Positions 15,201 through 26,324 are shown, counted from the stretch's first letter. The stretch: 64,000 nt of DNA from an uncultured Pelagibacteraceae bacterium (GCA_902591185.1 CACIZU010000001.1:14816-78815); one strand, 5' to 3'. The notes: a model not told the origin generated them from the sequence alone. Program-made: numbers and translations.

Positions 15201-16093
15201 AAAATATTTTAATTATTGGGTGCGGATTATTAGGCTCCTCTTTATTAAGACGTATCAGTAAAAAAAAAATAGCAAAAAAAATATTTGTATATGAAAAATC
15301 AAAATCAAATATTGCTAAAATAAATAAATTAAAATTACCTGGAACAATTGTAAAATCATTAAAAGATGGCGTAGTTAATTCAGATCTAATTATTTTTTGC
15401 ACACCAATGAGTGAATATAAAGAACTTATTTTAAAAATTAATAATTTTATTTCACCAAAGACATTGATTACTGATATTGGTTCTTCAAAAATTGAGACTT
15501 CTAAAATTATTAAAAAATTTTTAAAGAAAGGTATTCATTGGACTCAAAGTCACCCTATAACAGGATCAGAAGTAAGTGGACCAGAGCATGGTAAAGATAA
15601 TATATTTGAGAATAAGTGGTGCATAATAATAAAAGAGAAAAATACCATAAAGAGTAATTTAAATACTTTAACTAAGTTTTGGAAAAAAATTGGATCAAAA
15701 GTAGTTATAATGAAAGTTGAAAAACATGATAAAATTTTTTCTATAACTAGTCATTTACCTCACTTAATTGCATATAATTTGGTCAAGTCTGCGCAGGATT
15801 TTGAAAAAAAACAAAGTTATGCATTAATGAAATATAGTGCAGGTGGATTACGAGATTTTTCTAGGATTGCAGCATCAAATGAGATTATGTGGAGAGATAT
15901 TTTTTTTAATAATAAAAAAAATATTTCAAAAGCGATTGATTTATTTGTAAAAAACTTAAATGAATTTAAAAAAGATATTAATTCAAGAAATAATAAGTCG
16001 ATTTTAAAAAAACTTATTAAAACTAAAAAAGTAAGATCAAAGATAATTAAGTTGAAACAAGATATTGATAAGCCTGATTTTGGCAGAAATTAA
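15197..16093 (+). CDS. tyrA: Prephenate/arogenate (cyclohexadienyl) dehydrogenase
   Basis: GCGLLGSS Rossmann, TDIGSSK, HPITGSE, HD..SHLPH, RDFSRIAAS. Confidence 0.92.
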   Translation: MKNILIIGCGLLGSSLLRRISKKKIAKKIFVYEKSKSNIAKINKLKLPGTIVKSLKDGVVNSDLIIFCTPMSEYKELILKINNFISPKTLITDIGSSKIETSKIIKKFLKKGIHWTQSHPITGSEVSGPEHGKDNIFENKWCIIIKEKNTIKSNLNTLTKFWKKIGSKVVIMKVEKHDKIFSITSHLPHLIAYNLVKSAQDFEKKQSYALMKYSAGGLRDFSRIAASNEIMWRDIFFNNKKNISKAIDLFVKNLNEFKKDINSRNNKSILKKLIKTKKVRSKIIKLKQDIDKPDFGRN

Positions 16094-16839
16094 TATTTTA
16101 TTCTAGATATTTTTTTTACTTTAAGTTTTGCTGTTTTTTGAATTCTATTAATTGTTTCTATAATTGGCATAATAATAACTTTTTTCTCAGGTCCATAAGC
16201 ATGAATTAGTTGTTTTGAATTTAAACATATAGCAACGTGGCCTTTCCAAAATATAATATCTCCTTTTTTGAATTTTATTTTATTTAAATTTCTTTTTGAA
16301 TATTTGATCTGATCTTTGGTATCTCTTGGATAAAATGAATTATTATAATAATAAAATAATTGTAATAAAGCTGAACAATCTATCCCTTTGTATGTTTTGC
16401 CACCCCATACATATTTAGTTTTTAAAAATAATTTTAATATTTTAATGAAATTTTTTTCTTTATGATTAATTTTTTTAATATTATTTTTTTTTAACCACTT
16501 ATTTTTTTCAAATTTAACAAATTTTTTATTTTCATTAATTACTGAAATTTTTGATCCAAAGGGTAAAAAATTTTTAGTTTTATTATTTGGTTTTTTAAAA
16601 ATATTTGCTTTTAAGCCATAGACTTTGTGGGTTGCTTTATATGTATCCGTATATTTTTTGTTTTCAATATACCCAACATAATTATCGAATAAAGTCTTTA
16701 TTTTTATCCATTTTTTATTTTTTGATAAAATTTTAAATTTTTCTCCGTATAAAATTTGAGAAGTAACTTCAGAAAGTTTAGAAGACTTTTTGTAAATATT
16801 TGAAAATTGACTTATAAAAAAATAATTATTTTGCACCAA
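16090..16839 (-). CDS. SH3 + NlpC/P60 peptidoglycan peptidase
   Basis: SQILYGE SH3-like start, YVWGGKTYKGIDCS, PRD, FWKGHVAI; exact start uncertain. Confidence 0.88.
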   Translation of the reverse strand: MVQNNYFFISQFSNIYKKSSKLSEVTSQILYGEKFKILSKNKKWIKIKTLFDNYVGYIENKKYTDTYKATHKVYGLKANIFKKPNNKTKNFLPFGSKISVINENKKFVKFEKNKWLKKNNIKKINHKEKNFIKILKLFLKTKYVWGGKTYKGIDCSALLQLFYYYNNSFYPRDTKDQIKYSKRNLNKIKFKKGDIIFWKGHVAICLNSKQLIHAYGPEKKVIIMPIIETINRIQKTAKLKVKKISRIKY

Positions 16840-18202
16840 TTTTTATTTTATTTTTTATAAACCATAAACAAACTAAAGAAGGAATGACCATTATTGTGGT
16901 TAAAACAAAAAAAGTTCCCCAATCTCCATTTAACCAATCAACAAGTGCCCCTGAAGATGAAGCAAGAGTTGTTCTGCCTGCAGTTCCGATTGAAGCAAGT
17001 AGAGCATATTGTGTAGCAGTATAGGTTCTATCAACTAATAATGAAATAAATGCAACAAATGCAACTGTTGCAAATGCAGCAGTTATATCATCAGCTATTA
17101 CAGCAATTGCAAATAATAATTCAGATTTACCTGACCAAGCTAAGACTGCAAATAGAAGGTTTGTTAAAGCCATTAATCCTCCAGCAAAGAACATTGTTTT
17201 TATTGTTCCTGCTCTCATTGCCATCACACCACCTAATAATGTGAAAACCACAGTTGTAATCCAACCAAGTCCTTTTGAATAAATAGCAATCTGTCCCTTA
17301 GAAAATCCAATTTCTTTATAAAAAACAATAGACATTCTTCCAAGAAAAGCTTCTCCAATTTTAAATAAGAATACAAAACCTAATATTCCTACAGCAATTG
17401 CAAATCCATTCTTTTTAAAGAAACTAATTATAGGTCCACCAATAGTTCCGGTAATGTAGGCAATAAAATTAGTTATGATATTGCTAGATCCAAGTTTTCC
17501 TTTAATTAATTCATCGTTTTCTCTTTGTTTTACCTGTCTATTAGTTTCGATTGGCTCATGAACAAACATTAAACCAATATTCATTAAAATTATTACAATC
17601 CCTAAAACTAAGAAAGTAGATTGCCAATAATTAGAAATACCAATGTTTTCAAAATATTCTGCTGTAAATAAAGCAATTACACCGCCTAACTTGTAACCTG
17701 TCCACCAACCAACCACTGCCATTGCAGCGCCAGCAGCCATAGATTTCCCTTCGTTTTCATTAATTTGTTCAATCCTTAAAGCATCAACAGTTATATCTTG
17801 AGTAGCAGAAGCTATTGCAATAATTAATCCAACAGTAATTAATAAAGCTAAATTTTGTGTTGGGTTTATAAAACTCCAAACTAACAAGCTTAGTAAAATT
17901 GCAATTTGCATTAAAACTATCCATCCTCTTCTGTGGCCTAGTTTTTTTGTTAATAGTGGTATTTGAATTCTATCTATTATTGGTGCCCACAAATAATTAA
18001 ATGCATAAACACCAAAAATTAAACCTGCCCATCCTATTGTTGATCTACTTAGTCCCTCTTCTTTAAGCCAAAGACTTAAGCTACTTGCAATTAAAACCCA
18101 AGGAAAACCACTTATTGAACCTAAGAGTAAAATTCTTAGCATTCTAATATCTCTATAAACCAAAAGTGATTGAAGCCAGCTTTCTTTTTTTGTTTCTAAC
18201 AT
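16826..18202 (-). CDS. ampG: AmpG-family muropeptide MFS permease
   Basis: SGFPW, YLWAPIID, GHRRGW, SATQDITVDA, ATQYALL; start set to ATG 18202. Confidence 0.9.
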   Translation of the reverse strand: MLETKKESWLQSLLVYRDIRMLRILLLGSISGFPWVLIASSLSLWLKEEGLSRSTIGWAGLIFGVYAFNYLWAPIIDRIQIPLLTKKLGHRRGWIVLMQIAILLSLLVWSFINPTQNLALLITVGLIIAIASATQDITVDALRIEQINENEGKSMAAGAAMAVVGWWTGYKLGGVIALFTAEYFENIGISNYWQSTFLVLGIVIILMNIGLMFVHEPIETNRQVKQRENDELIKGKLGSSNIITNFIAYITGTIGGPIISFFKKNGFAIAVGILGFVFLFKIGEAFLGRMSIVFYKEIGFSKGQIAIYSKGLGWITTVVFTLLGGVMAMRAGTIKTMFFAGGLMALTNLLFAVLAWSGKSELLFAIAVIADDITAAFATVAFVAFISLLVDRTYTATQYALLASIGTAGRTTLASSSGALVDWLNGDWGTFFVLTTIMVIPSLVCLWFIKNKIKIGAK

Positions 18203-18204
18203 AA

Positions 18205-19644
18205 TTAATTTCTCCAAAAAGAAGGTAAAAATAAAACTAATATAGCAAAGAGCTCAAGTCTACCTAAAATCATACCTATCGATAAAATCCATTTAGAAAT
18301 ATCGGGTAAAGAAGAAAAATCCCCATTTGGTCCTATTATAGGACCTAAACCAGGACCAACATTTGAAATTGATGTTGCGGCTCCAGAGATAGAGGTAATA
18401 AAGTCTAAACCAGTTAATGATAGAAAAGCAGTTATTAGAAAAAAAATTACAAAATAAAAGAAAATAAAAGAAATTATTGAAGCAATAAATTTATCATCCA
18501 CAGCATTTTGATCATATTTAATTACAAACACTCCTTTAGGATAAATAATTTTTTTAAGTTGGTTGTTAATAAATAAATATAATATTTGTATTCTAAAAAT
18601 CTTAACCCCACATGTGGTTGATCCTGCACAGCCTCCTATAAACATTAATGCTAAAAATATGGTTAAAGGAAAACTTCCCCAACCATCAAATTCAGCATTT
18701 GTATAACCAGTTCCAGTTAATATTGAAATGGTATTAAAAAAAATTGATCTTAAACTGAAATTATCAATATTATTTATTAGAATATAAAAAGTTAATATAA
18801 TGACAAATAGAATAATAATTTTTAAAAAAGTCCTTATTTGAATATCTGATATAAAAATTTTTCTATTTCCATTTATAAATTTGATGTAAGCAATAAATGG
18901 TAGACTTCCTAAAATAATAAATATCATAGATGAGATTTCTATAGAAATACTGTTAAAGTAACCAATTGATTGATTGTAATTAGAAAATCCACCCGTTGCT
19001 ATTGTTGTCATTGAATGTGTTATGCTGTCAAATTTGCCCATTCCACATATCCAATAAGTTATTGCACATAGGGTAGTTAAGCCTAAATAAATATAAATTA
19101 ATCTTAAAGCTATTTCTTTAGATTTTGGAAGTATTTTTTCTGATGAGTCGTTACTAGAAATTTTAAATAATTGCATCCCACCAACATTCATTATTGGCAT
19201 TAAAGTAATTGCCATAACAATTATACCAATACCACCTAACCACTGCAGAATAGCTCTCCATAACAAAATTCCTTTCGGAGTATTTTCTAAATTAGAAATA
19301 ATAGTGGAGCCAGTTGTGGTTATTCCTGACATACTTTCAAAAAAAGCGTCAGTAATTGATAGTTCAATTGTTGAAAATATAAATGGAAGAGATCCAAAGA
19401 TAGCAATACATAACCAAGATAAAGCCGTTAATAAAAAAACTTGTTGTAAATTTAGTTTTTTATCGTGATCTAGGTTGGATAAGAAAAATAAAGTTCCAAA
19501 AATAATTGTAATAATTGATGCCCCAAAGAATGATGAATCTACCTCTGCATAAATAAATTGTGCAATTACAGGTATGAACATTGATACACCTAGAATTATT
19601 TGTAAAATTCCAAGTGTAAAAAAAACAGTTTTATAATTAGACAT
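18205..19644 (-). CDS. trkH: Trk potassium uptake membrane protein
   Basis: FFESMSGITTTGST, TIATGGFS, GGCAGSTTCGVK, GRLE. Confidence 0.95.
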   Translation of the reverse strand: MSNYKTVFFTLGILQIILGVSMFIPVIAQFIYAEVDSSFFGASIITIIFGTLFFLSNLDHDKKLNLQQVFLLTALSWLCIAIFGSLPFIFSTIELSITDAFFESMSGITTTGSTIISNLENTPKGILLWRAILQWLGGIGIIVMAITLMPIMNVGGMQLFKISSNDSSEKILPKSKEIALRLIYIYLGLTTLCAITYWICGMGKFDSITHSMTTIATGGFSNYNQSIGYFNSISIEISSMIFIILGSLPFIAYIKFINGNRKIFISDIQIRTFLKIIILFVIILTFYILINNIDNFSLRSIFFNTISILTGTGYTNAEFDGWGSFPLTIFLALMFIGGCAGSTTCGVKIFRIQILYLFINNQLKKIIYPKGVFVIKYDQNAVDDKFIASIISFIFFYFVIFFLITAFLSLTGLDFITSISGAATSISNVGPGLGPIIGPNGDFSSLPDISKWILSIGMILGRLELFAILVLFLPSFWRN

Positions 19645-19733
19645 TTTGAAAGAACATTATTTTATGGTAAATAAATTTCAACTCTATAAGAATTAATAAA
19701 AGCGTTAATTTAAGTTTTTTATATGAATAATTC

Positions 19734-21225
19734 ATGATTAAAAAAGAAAATTTAGATAAAACAAGTGCGTGGCCTTTTGTAGAAGCTAAAAAAATGCTTC
19801 GTGAACGAAAAACATTTATTGAGAAAAAAGGTAAAATTACACTACAAACAGGTTATGGACCAAGTGGTCTTCCACATATCGGAACTTTTGGAGAAGTTGC
19901 AAGAACCTCAATGATGGTGAATGCACTAAATCAAATATCTGATTTTCCAACTGAAATTATAACATTTTCAGATGACATGGATGGTTTAAGAAAAATTCCT
20001 GACAATGTGCCTAATCAAAAATTATTAAATGACAATCTCCATAAACCATTAACTCAAGTTCCTGATCCATTTGAAAAATTTAATAGTTTTGGTGAACATA
20101 ATAATGAAATGTTAAAAAATTTTTTAGAAAGTTTTAAATTTAAATATAAATTTCAAAGTTCCACTTTACTTTATAAAAGTGGTTTTTTTAATCCTACATT
20201 AAAGATTATTTTAGAAAATTATGAAGAGATTATGAATATTATAATTCCTACATTAGGCAAAGAACGCAAGCAAACTTATAGTCCATTTTTACCAATTTGC
20301 CCTGACTCAGGACATGTTTTGGAGATACCTGTTTTAGAAATTGATAAAGAAAAATCTAGAATTGTTTTTAATAACAATGGAAAAAAACTTGAGGTAAGTA
20401 TTTGAGATGTATGGAAAAGATTTAATTGAGAGTGCAATATTATCTACAAAAATAATTAATTTAATTGGAAAGAAAAATCCTTCTGGATTTGCTTATGAAT
20501 TATTTTTAGATGAAAAAGGTGAAAAAATTTCTAAATCAAAAGGAAATGGTATTACCATTGATCAATGGCTGGAGTATGCCTCTCCTGAAAGTTTATCTTT
20601 ATATATGTATCAAAATCCTAAAAGAGCTAAAAAACTTTATAAAGAAATAGTACCAAAAGCTGTCGATGATTATTTAGATTGTATTGAAAAATCAAAAAAA
20701 CAAAATGAATTGCAATTATTAATGAACCCTGTTTGGCATGTTCACAATGGAGATGTTCCTCAAGAGGATATGATTATGACATTTTCAATGTTACTAAATT
20801 TAGTTGAAACTAGTAATGCTGATAACAAAGAATTATTATGGAAATTTGTTAAAAAATATAAACAAGATATTTCTGAAAAAAATTTCCCAATTTTTGATGG
20901 ATTAGTTGGCTATGCAATTAAATATTTTAATGACGTAATTAAAACTCAAAAAAAATACAAAACTCCAAGTGAGTCAGAAAAGTTAGCTCTTCAAGCTTTA
21001 GTAAAAACTTTAGAAAAATGTACTGATGATATGTCGCCAGAAGACATTCAAACATTGATTTATTCGACCGGTAAAGAAAATGGTTATGCTGAAAATTTAA
21101 GAGATTGGTTTAAACTGATTTATGAGGTAGTTTTTGGAGATGAGAATGGACCTCGAATGGGATTTTTTATAAGTTTTTTTGGTGTAAGCGAAACTAAAGA
21201 GCTATTAATGAATAAATTAAAATAA
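19734..21225 (+). pseudogene. lysS: Class I lysyl-tRNA synthetase, split in two frames with an internal deletion (possibly an assembly artefact)
   Basis: 19734-20405 has TGYGPSGLPHIGT (HIGH) and SDDMDGLRK; 20407-21225 has YGKDL, KISKSKGN (KMSKS) and GPRMG; the conserved KLxWKxDWxMRW segment is absent at the junction. Confidence 0.85.
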
Positions 21226-22277
21226 TGTTTTCAAAACTAAGACCTTTAATATTTAAAATAGATCCTGAAAAAGCACATAACTTAGCAATTCAATCATTGA
21301 AATTTAATTTAGTTTCAAATGTATTTGATGAAAATAAAAATGATCCAATTTTTAAAACTAAAATTTTTGATAAAGAGATAGATAATCCAATAGGGATGGC
21401 TGCAGGTTTTGATAAAAATGCCGAAGTATATAATCCTTTATTTAGACTGGGTTTTGGATTTGTCGAAGTTGGAACCATCACACCTCTAAAACAATATGGA
21501 AATTCTAAACCAAGAGTTTTTAGACTTGTTGAAGATGAAGCATTAATTAATAGATTAGGATTTAATAACCATGGAGCTGAAGTTATCTTAGATCGAATTA
21601 AATCAAACAATAAGTTGGGATTACTTGGAATTAATGTTGGCCCTAATAAAGACTCTAATAATAGAATGAATGATTATTTAATTGGATTAAAAACTTTTCA
21701 TCAAGTTGCAGACTATATAACAATTAATATTTCATCACCAAATACTGAAAATTTACGAAATTTCCATGAAGAAAATAAATTACAAGAATTACTCAAATGT
21801 ATTTTAAAAGAAAAAAATGATTTAAAATCAAATATTCCAATTGCAGTAAAAATTTCGCCAGATATAGACGAAAATCAAATTAATTTAATTTCTGAAATTC
21901 TTTTAAAAAATGAAATAAAAGCGATCATTATTTCTAATACATCAGAGTCATCAAGAGATACGCTCAATAATATCCAAAGACATCAAAAGGGAGGGTTATC
22001 CGGAAAACCTATAGAAAAAAAATCAAATATTTTAATTAATAAATTCTATAAATTATTAAAAGGTAAGATTAAGATTATAGGAGTAGGAGGTATTGACTCT
22101 GGAAAGGCAGCATACGATAAATTTCTAGCAGGAGCAGACTTTGTTCAACTTTACACTGGAATGGTTTTTAAGGGTCCCAATATTGCCGGTATTATAAAAA
22201 AAGATCTAAAAGATTTATTATTAAGAGATGGAGTGAAGAATTTTTCAGAAATTGTAGGAAATAAAACCCTATCTTAA
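21225..22277 (+). CDS. pyrD: Quinone-dependent dihydroorotate dehydrogenase
   Basis: [34 protein letters not shown]. Confidence 0.97.
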   Translation: MFSKLRPLIFKIDPEKAHNLAIQSLKFNLVSNVFDENKNDPIFKTKIFDKEIDNPIGMAAGFDKNAEVYNPLFRLGFGFVEVGTITPLKQYGNSKPRVFRLVEDEALINRLGFNNHGAEVILDRIKSNNKLGLLGINVGPNKDSNNRMNDYLIGLKTFHQVADYITINISSPNTENLRNFHEENKLQELLKCILKEKNDLKSNIPIAVKISPDIDENQINLISEILLKNEIKAIIISNTSESSRDTLNNIQRHQKGGLSGKPIEKKSNILINKFYKLLKGKIKIIGVGGIDSGKAAYDKFLAGADFVQLYTGMVFKGPNIAGIIKKDLKDLLLRDGVKNFSEIVGNKTLS

Positions 22278-22329
22278 ATCTATTAAACTTGACGCATTCA
22301 ATATCTCACCTTATATAGGCACTATTATT

Positions 22330-22641
22330 ATGTCAAAAAAATGTGAATTAACTGGCAAAATTCCTATGAAAGGTCATAACGTTAGTCATGCTAACAATAA
22401 GACTAAAAGAAGATTTTTACCTAATCTTAAAAAAGTTAAGTTTACGAGCAAACTAATGAAAAGAAGTTTAAAGCTAACAGTTAGTAATGCCGGTGTTAGA
22501 TCAGTTGATAAAAAAGGTAGTTTTGATGAATATTTAAAAGTTGTTAAAAATAAAAATTTATCTCCAAGATTAAAAAAATTAAAAAAAGGGATTTTGATTA
22601 AATCTCCATTTAAGAAAAAGCCCGTAGCAAAATCTGCATAA
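22330..22641 (+). CDS. rpmB: 50S ribosomal protein L28
   Basis: [29 protein letters not shown]. Confidence 0.98.
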   Translation: MSKKCELTGKIPMKGHNVSHANNKTKRRFLPNLKKVKFTSKLMKRSLKLTVSNAGVRSVDKKGSFDEYLKVVKNKNLSPRLKKLKKGILIKSPFKKKPVAKSA

Positions 22642-23195
22642 TGAATAAGTTATTCTTACTTCTCTCATTTTTAATGGGAGTTGTTGTTTTATCTTCAAAT
22701 TATTTAGTTCAGTTTCCAATTAAGTATTATGGGCTTGATGAAATGTTAACGTATGGTGCTTTTAGCTATCCAATTGCATTTTTAATTACTGATTTAGCAA
22801 ACAAAACTTACGGAAAGGTAGTTGCAAGAAAAATTGTTTATATTGGATTTGCGATAGGTATTAGTTTTACACTTTTATTTTCGACTAATTTTGCCGATTT
22901 AATTTCAGTAAGAATTGCAATTGGATCAGGTTCTGCTTTTTTAGTGGCTCAATTATTGGATGTACAAATTTTTGATAAATTAAGAAAAAAGAAATGGTTT
23001 GTAGCACCTCTAACTTCTTCATTTATTGGTTCTACAGTCGATACATTTTTATTCTTTTCAATATCATTTTACGCTACAGGAATACCATGGTTTACATTAT
23101 CGTTAGGTGACTTAGCAGTTAAGATATTTGTTGCTTTAATAATGTTAATACCTTTCAGATTATTCTTAGGCACTATTAAGGCTGCTAAAGTTTAA
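22641..23195 (+). CDS. Queuosine precursor transporter (VUT/YhhQ family)
   Basis: SSNYLVQ, YPIAFLITD, RIAIGS..AFLVAQLLD, DTFLF. Confidence 0.85.
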   Translation: MNKLFLLLSFLMGVVVLSSNYLVQFPIKYYGLDEMLTYGAFSYPIAFLITDLANKTYGKVVARKIVYIGFAIGISFTLLFSTNFADLISVRIAIGSGSAFLVAQLLDVQIFDKLRKKKWFVAPLTSSFIGSTVDTFLFFSISFYATGIPWFTLSLGDLAVKIFVALIMLIPFRLFLGTIKAAKV

Positions 23196-24067
23196 TATAA
23201 AAATTTATAAGACAAGATTTTATAAGCTAATTTAGCCACAAGAAAGTTATATGAATTAAAGCCCTTTATCGGTGATAGTTCATTAATATCAGCGCCAACA
23301 ATTTTTGAATTTTTCGCAGCAATTCTTATAATATTTAAAGTTTCATCCCATAATAATCCACCAGGTTCAGGAGTTCCAGTTGCAGGCATAATACTCGAGT
23401 CTAATCCGTCGACGTCAAAAGTTAGATAAACTGTTTTATTCTTAATTAATTTTTTGAATTTATTAAGACTCCATTTTCTTTTATCTTTTGCCCAAAATAT
23501 ATTAATTCTAGAAGAATTTTTTTTCAAAAAAGGAATTTCACTTTTAGATATGTTTCTTATACCAAAAGAAATTACGGAAACATTTGGATAATCTAAGCAT
23601 CTTTTAATAGCCGAAGCATGTGAGAATTTTTCTCCATTATAGCTTTCACGTAAGTCTGCATGAGCATCAAAGTGTAAAAGACAAATATCTTTATATTTTT
23701 TTGTGAATGGAGCAATACATCCTGGTGTGATTGAGTGTTCTCCACCAAAAGTCATCGGAAAAAGTTTTTTGTCTAAAATTTCTTGGTTTACTTTAGAAAT
23801 TTTATTGAGTGCTTTTTTAATATTTTTGTCGATTTTAAATGGTTTCAAAGTTTTGATTCCTATTTTTTTATAAGGTTCACAATTTAATTCCTCATCATAA
23901 AGCTCAACTTGGTGTGAGGCTTTGATAATTTCTTTTGGTCCATTTTTAGTTCCACCACCATAACTAACGGTTTTTTCAAGACCAAAAGGAACCACAACTA
24001 CTTTTTCTTTGAAATTGACCTTATTATCAATTCCTAGAAAACCATTTTTATTAGAAAGATATTTCAA
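23192..24067 (-). CDS. speB: Agmatinase-family ureohydrolase
   Basis: GGEHS, HFDAHADLR, DVDGLD, TGTPEPGG. Confidence 0.9.
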   Translation of the reverse strand: MKYLSNKNGFLGIDNKVNFKEKVVVVPFGLEKTVSYGGGTKNGPKEIIKASHQVELYDEELNCEPYKKIGIKTLKPFKIDKNIKKALNKISKVNQEILDKKLFPMTFGGEHSITPGCIAPFTKKYKDICLLHFDAHADLRESYNGEKFSHASAIKRCLDYPNVSVISFGIRNISKSEIPFLKKNSSRINIFWAKDKRKWSLNKFKKLIKNKTVYLTFDVDGLDSSIMPATGTPEPGGLLWDETLNIIRIAAKNSKIVGADINELSPIKGFNSYNFLVAKLAYKILSYKFLY

Positions 24068-24069
24068 TT

Positions 24070-25113
24070 TTATTCAAAAATTTTTGTAAAGTTTTTTCTA
24101 TCTCTGCTTTTCCATTCACCTTTATGATAAGCATCACTTGCTATTAATGGTAATACACTTGTTGCTTCTGCAAAAACCATTTGTTCTTTGGTTTTATCTA
24201 CTTTACCCCAAGAACTTGCCTCTTTTAAAGTTGAGCTACTACAAGCTCCATCTCTGCTATCAGCTACAGTGATTTGTACTGCATACTTATGCATATCAAC
24301 TTCTTTACCTAAAAGTTCTGCACAAATTACAGTGTCTTGAATAAAATTCTTTGGAACTCCTCCACCAATCATAAAAAGTCCTGAACCTTTAGATTGAATT
24401 TTGATTTCAGTAAGTTCTCTAAATTCTCTAACTGAATCTATAGTTATATGTTTTTTTGGATTTTTTTCTTGATGTATTACTAAACCAAAACCAGCACTAG
24501 AGTCTGTAAAGGCTGGACAAAAAATAGGAACATTATTATCGTATGCGGTTTCAATTAAAGAATTTTTCTTTTTAGAATTTTTTTTTAAATATTTACCCAT
24601 TTCATAAATAAATTCTCGGGAGGTATAACTTTTTGGTTCTAATGTATTTGCTATATCACAAACAATTTTATCACACATTTGTAGCTCTTCTTCATTAATG
24701 TAAGTGTCGTATATTCTGTCAATATAATTTTTTCTTAATTCGGTATCATCTTGAAATTGTGATCCCTGATAATGTTTAAATCCAAGTGCTTCAAAAAAAT
24801 CCATATCAACAATGGAGGCTCCTGTTGCAATAATAGCATCAACCATATTATATTTAACTAAATCCTTATAAATACTCATACATCCTGCCGCTGATGTAGA
24901 TCCGGCTAAAGTTAAAAATATTGTACAATCTTTATCTTTTAGCATGTCATTATATATATTAGCTGCGTTAGCAGTTTCTCTAGAAACAAAGGACATTTTT
25001 TCCATTGAAGAGATTATTTTTCTAGAGTCAAATGAAGTAATATCAATATGTTCTACAGGATTTTTTAAAAAGTCTTTTTTGCTATTATGACCTACATTTT
25101 TATGATTTGACAT
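24070..25113 (-). CDS. Deoxyhypusine synthase-like protein (bacterial SpeY/homospermidine pathway type)
   Basis: IDRIYD, PAFTDSS, GGGVPKN, DSRDGACSSST..EASSWGK with the conserved Lys. Confidence 0.9.
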   Translation of the reverse strand: MSNHKNVGHNSKKDFLKNPVEHIDITSFDSRKIISSMEKMSFVSRETANAANIYNDMLKDKDCTIFLTLAGSTSAAGCMSIYKDLVKYNMVDAIIATGASIVDMDFFEALGFKHYQGSQFQDDTELRKNYIDRIYDTYINEEELQMCDKIVCDIANTLEPKSYTSREFIYEMGKYLKKNSKKKNSLIETAYDNNVPIFCPAFTDSSAGFGLVIHQEKNPKKHITIDSVREFRELTEIKIQSKGSGLFMIGGGVPKNFIQDTVICAELLGKEVDMHKYAVQITVADSRDGACSSSTLKEASSWGKVDKTKEQMVFAEATSVLPLIASDAYHKGEWKSRDRKNFTKIFE

Positions 25114-26297
25114 TAAGCGACCAAAGTAGCTTTGTTAATGTCTTTATCGTACATAGTTAGGATTGGTTGATCTTCAACTTCGTAAATTTCATCTGAATAG
25201 AAACCATTAAACTGTGTTCTAAAAGTTAATCCATAAGCACCAAGTTGGCCGAGCTCAATATAATCATTCTCTTTAATATTGTTTGGAAGTAAAAACGGAC
25301 CTTTCATATAGTCCATGCTATCACATGTAGGTCCAAAAAAATCAAATGCTGTTAATTTTTTAGAAATTATTTTATTAGAATTTTCTTTAATGATTCTTGA
25401 TGGAAAGACAATATTTGGAGTACCCGCATCAAAAAGAGAACCGTAAGTTCCATCGTTTATATATAGTTTTTGTTTTTTTCTTAAATTCACTTTTACAATA
25501 GTTGATCCGCTTTCAGCAACTAAAGCTCTTCCAGGTTCACAAATAATTTCAGGTAATTTTTCAAGTTTTAAATTTTTTAAACTTTTTTTAATTTCATTAA
25601 AATAACAGTCTAAACTTTGCGGAATTAGATCTGGATATACAGTGGGAAATCCTCCCCCAACATTAATATAGTCTGGTACAATTTTTGTTTTTTTAATTAT
25701 ATTTCCAATATCGTTAATTCCTTTAGCGTATGAAATTGGATGCATACATTGAGAGCCGACATGGAAACTTAAACCAATTTTTTTTGCATTTTGTTTAACA
25801 AGCCTTAACAACCCTGCAGCTTCAGAACTCAATGCACCAAATTTTTTTGATAAATCTATTTCAGCGTGTTCATTTGAAACCGCAACTCTTACAAATAATT
25901 CTAAGTCTTTAGCATTATTAGTGCTTTCAATAATTTTAATTAACTCATCTTTAGTGTCTAGTGAAAAAGTTTTAACTCCATAATTAAAATAAGCTTTTTT
26001 AATGCTCTCTCTACTCTTTACTGTATGCATATATGAGCATTTAGCAGCTTGACTGAAATTTCTTATAGTTTCAATTTCTTCAATTGATGCAACATCAAAT
26101 TGTTCTACTCCATTTTTTATGATTTGTTCAATTACTACAGGATGTGGGTTAGTTTTTACTGCGTATAAAATTTTACCTGGAAAATTTTTTTTAAAATATT
26201 TAACAGCAGAATGAATAGAATTCTTTCTGATACAATAAACCGGTTTTTCAGGTTTCAGTTGATTTATTAAATCTTCAACTGATTTAAATTTTTGCAT
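25113..26297 (-). CDS. Fold-type III PLP-dependent basic amino acid decarboxylase (Orn/Lys/Arg)
   Basis: YAVKTN, FDVAS, FHVGSQ, GGGF, EPGR, GPTCDS, GAY. Confidence 0.9.
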   Translation of the reverse strand: MQKFKSVEDLINQLKPEKPVYCIRKNSIHSAVKYFKKNFPGKILYAVKTNPHPVVIEQIIKNGVEQFDVASIEEIETIRNFSQAAKCSYMHTVKSRESIKKAYFNYGVKTFSLDTKDELIKIIESTNNAKDLELFVRVAVSNEHAEIDLSKKFGALSSEAAGLLRLVKQNAKKIGLSFHVGSQCMHPISYAKGINDIGNIIKKTKIVPDYINVGGGFPTVYPDLIPQSLDCYFNEIKKSLKNLKLEKLPEIICEPGRALVAESGSTIVKVNLRKKQKLYINDGTYGSLFDAGTPNIVFPSRIIKENSNKIISKKLTAFDFFGPTCDSMDYMKGPFLLPNNIKENDYIELGQLGAYGLTFRTQFNGFYSDEIYEVEDQPILTMYDKDINKATLVA

Positions 26298-26324
26298 TTA
26301 AAATGCCTCCAAAAAAAATTTAAT

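Noticed and set aside
17050-17244. Gln-rich repetitive ORF (MQQMQLLQMQQ...)
   Set aside because: It is the antisense reading of Ala/Val/Phe-rich ampG helices (GCA/GTT codons), not a true repeat protein.
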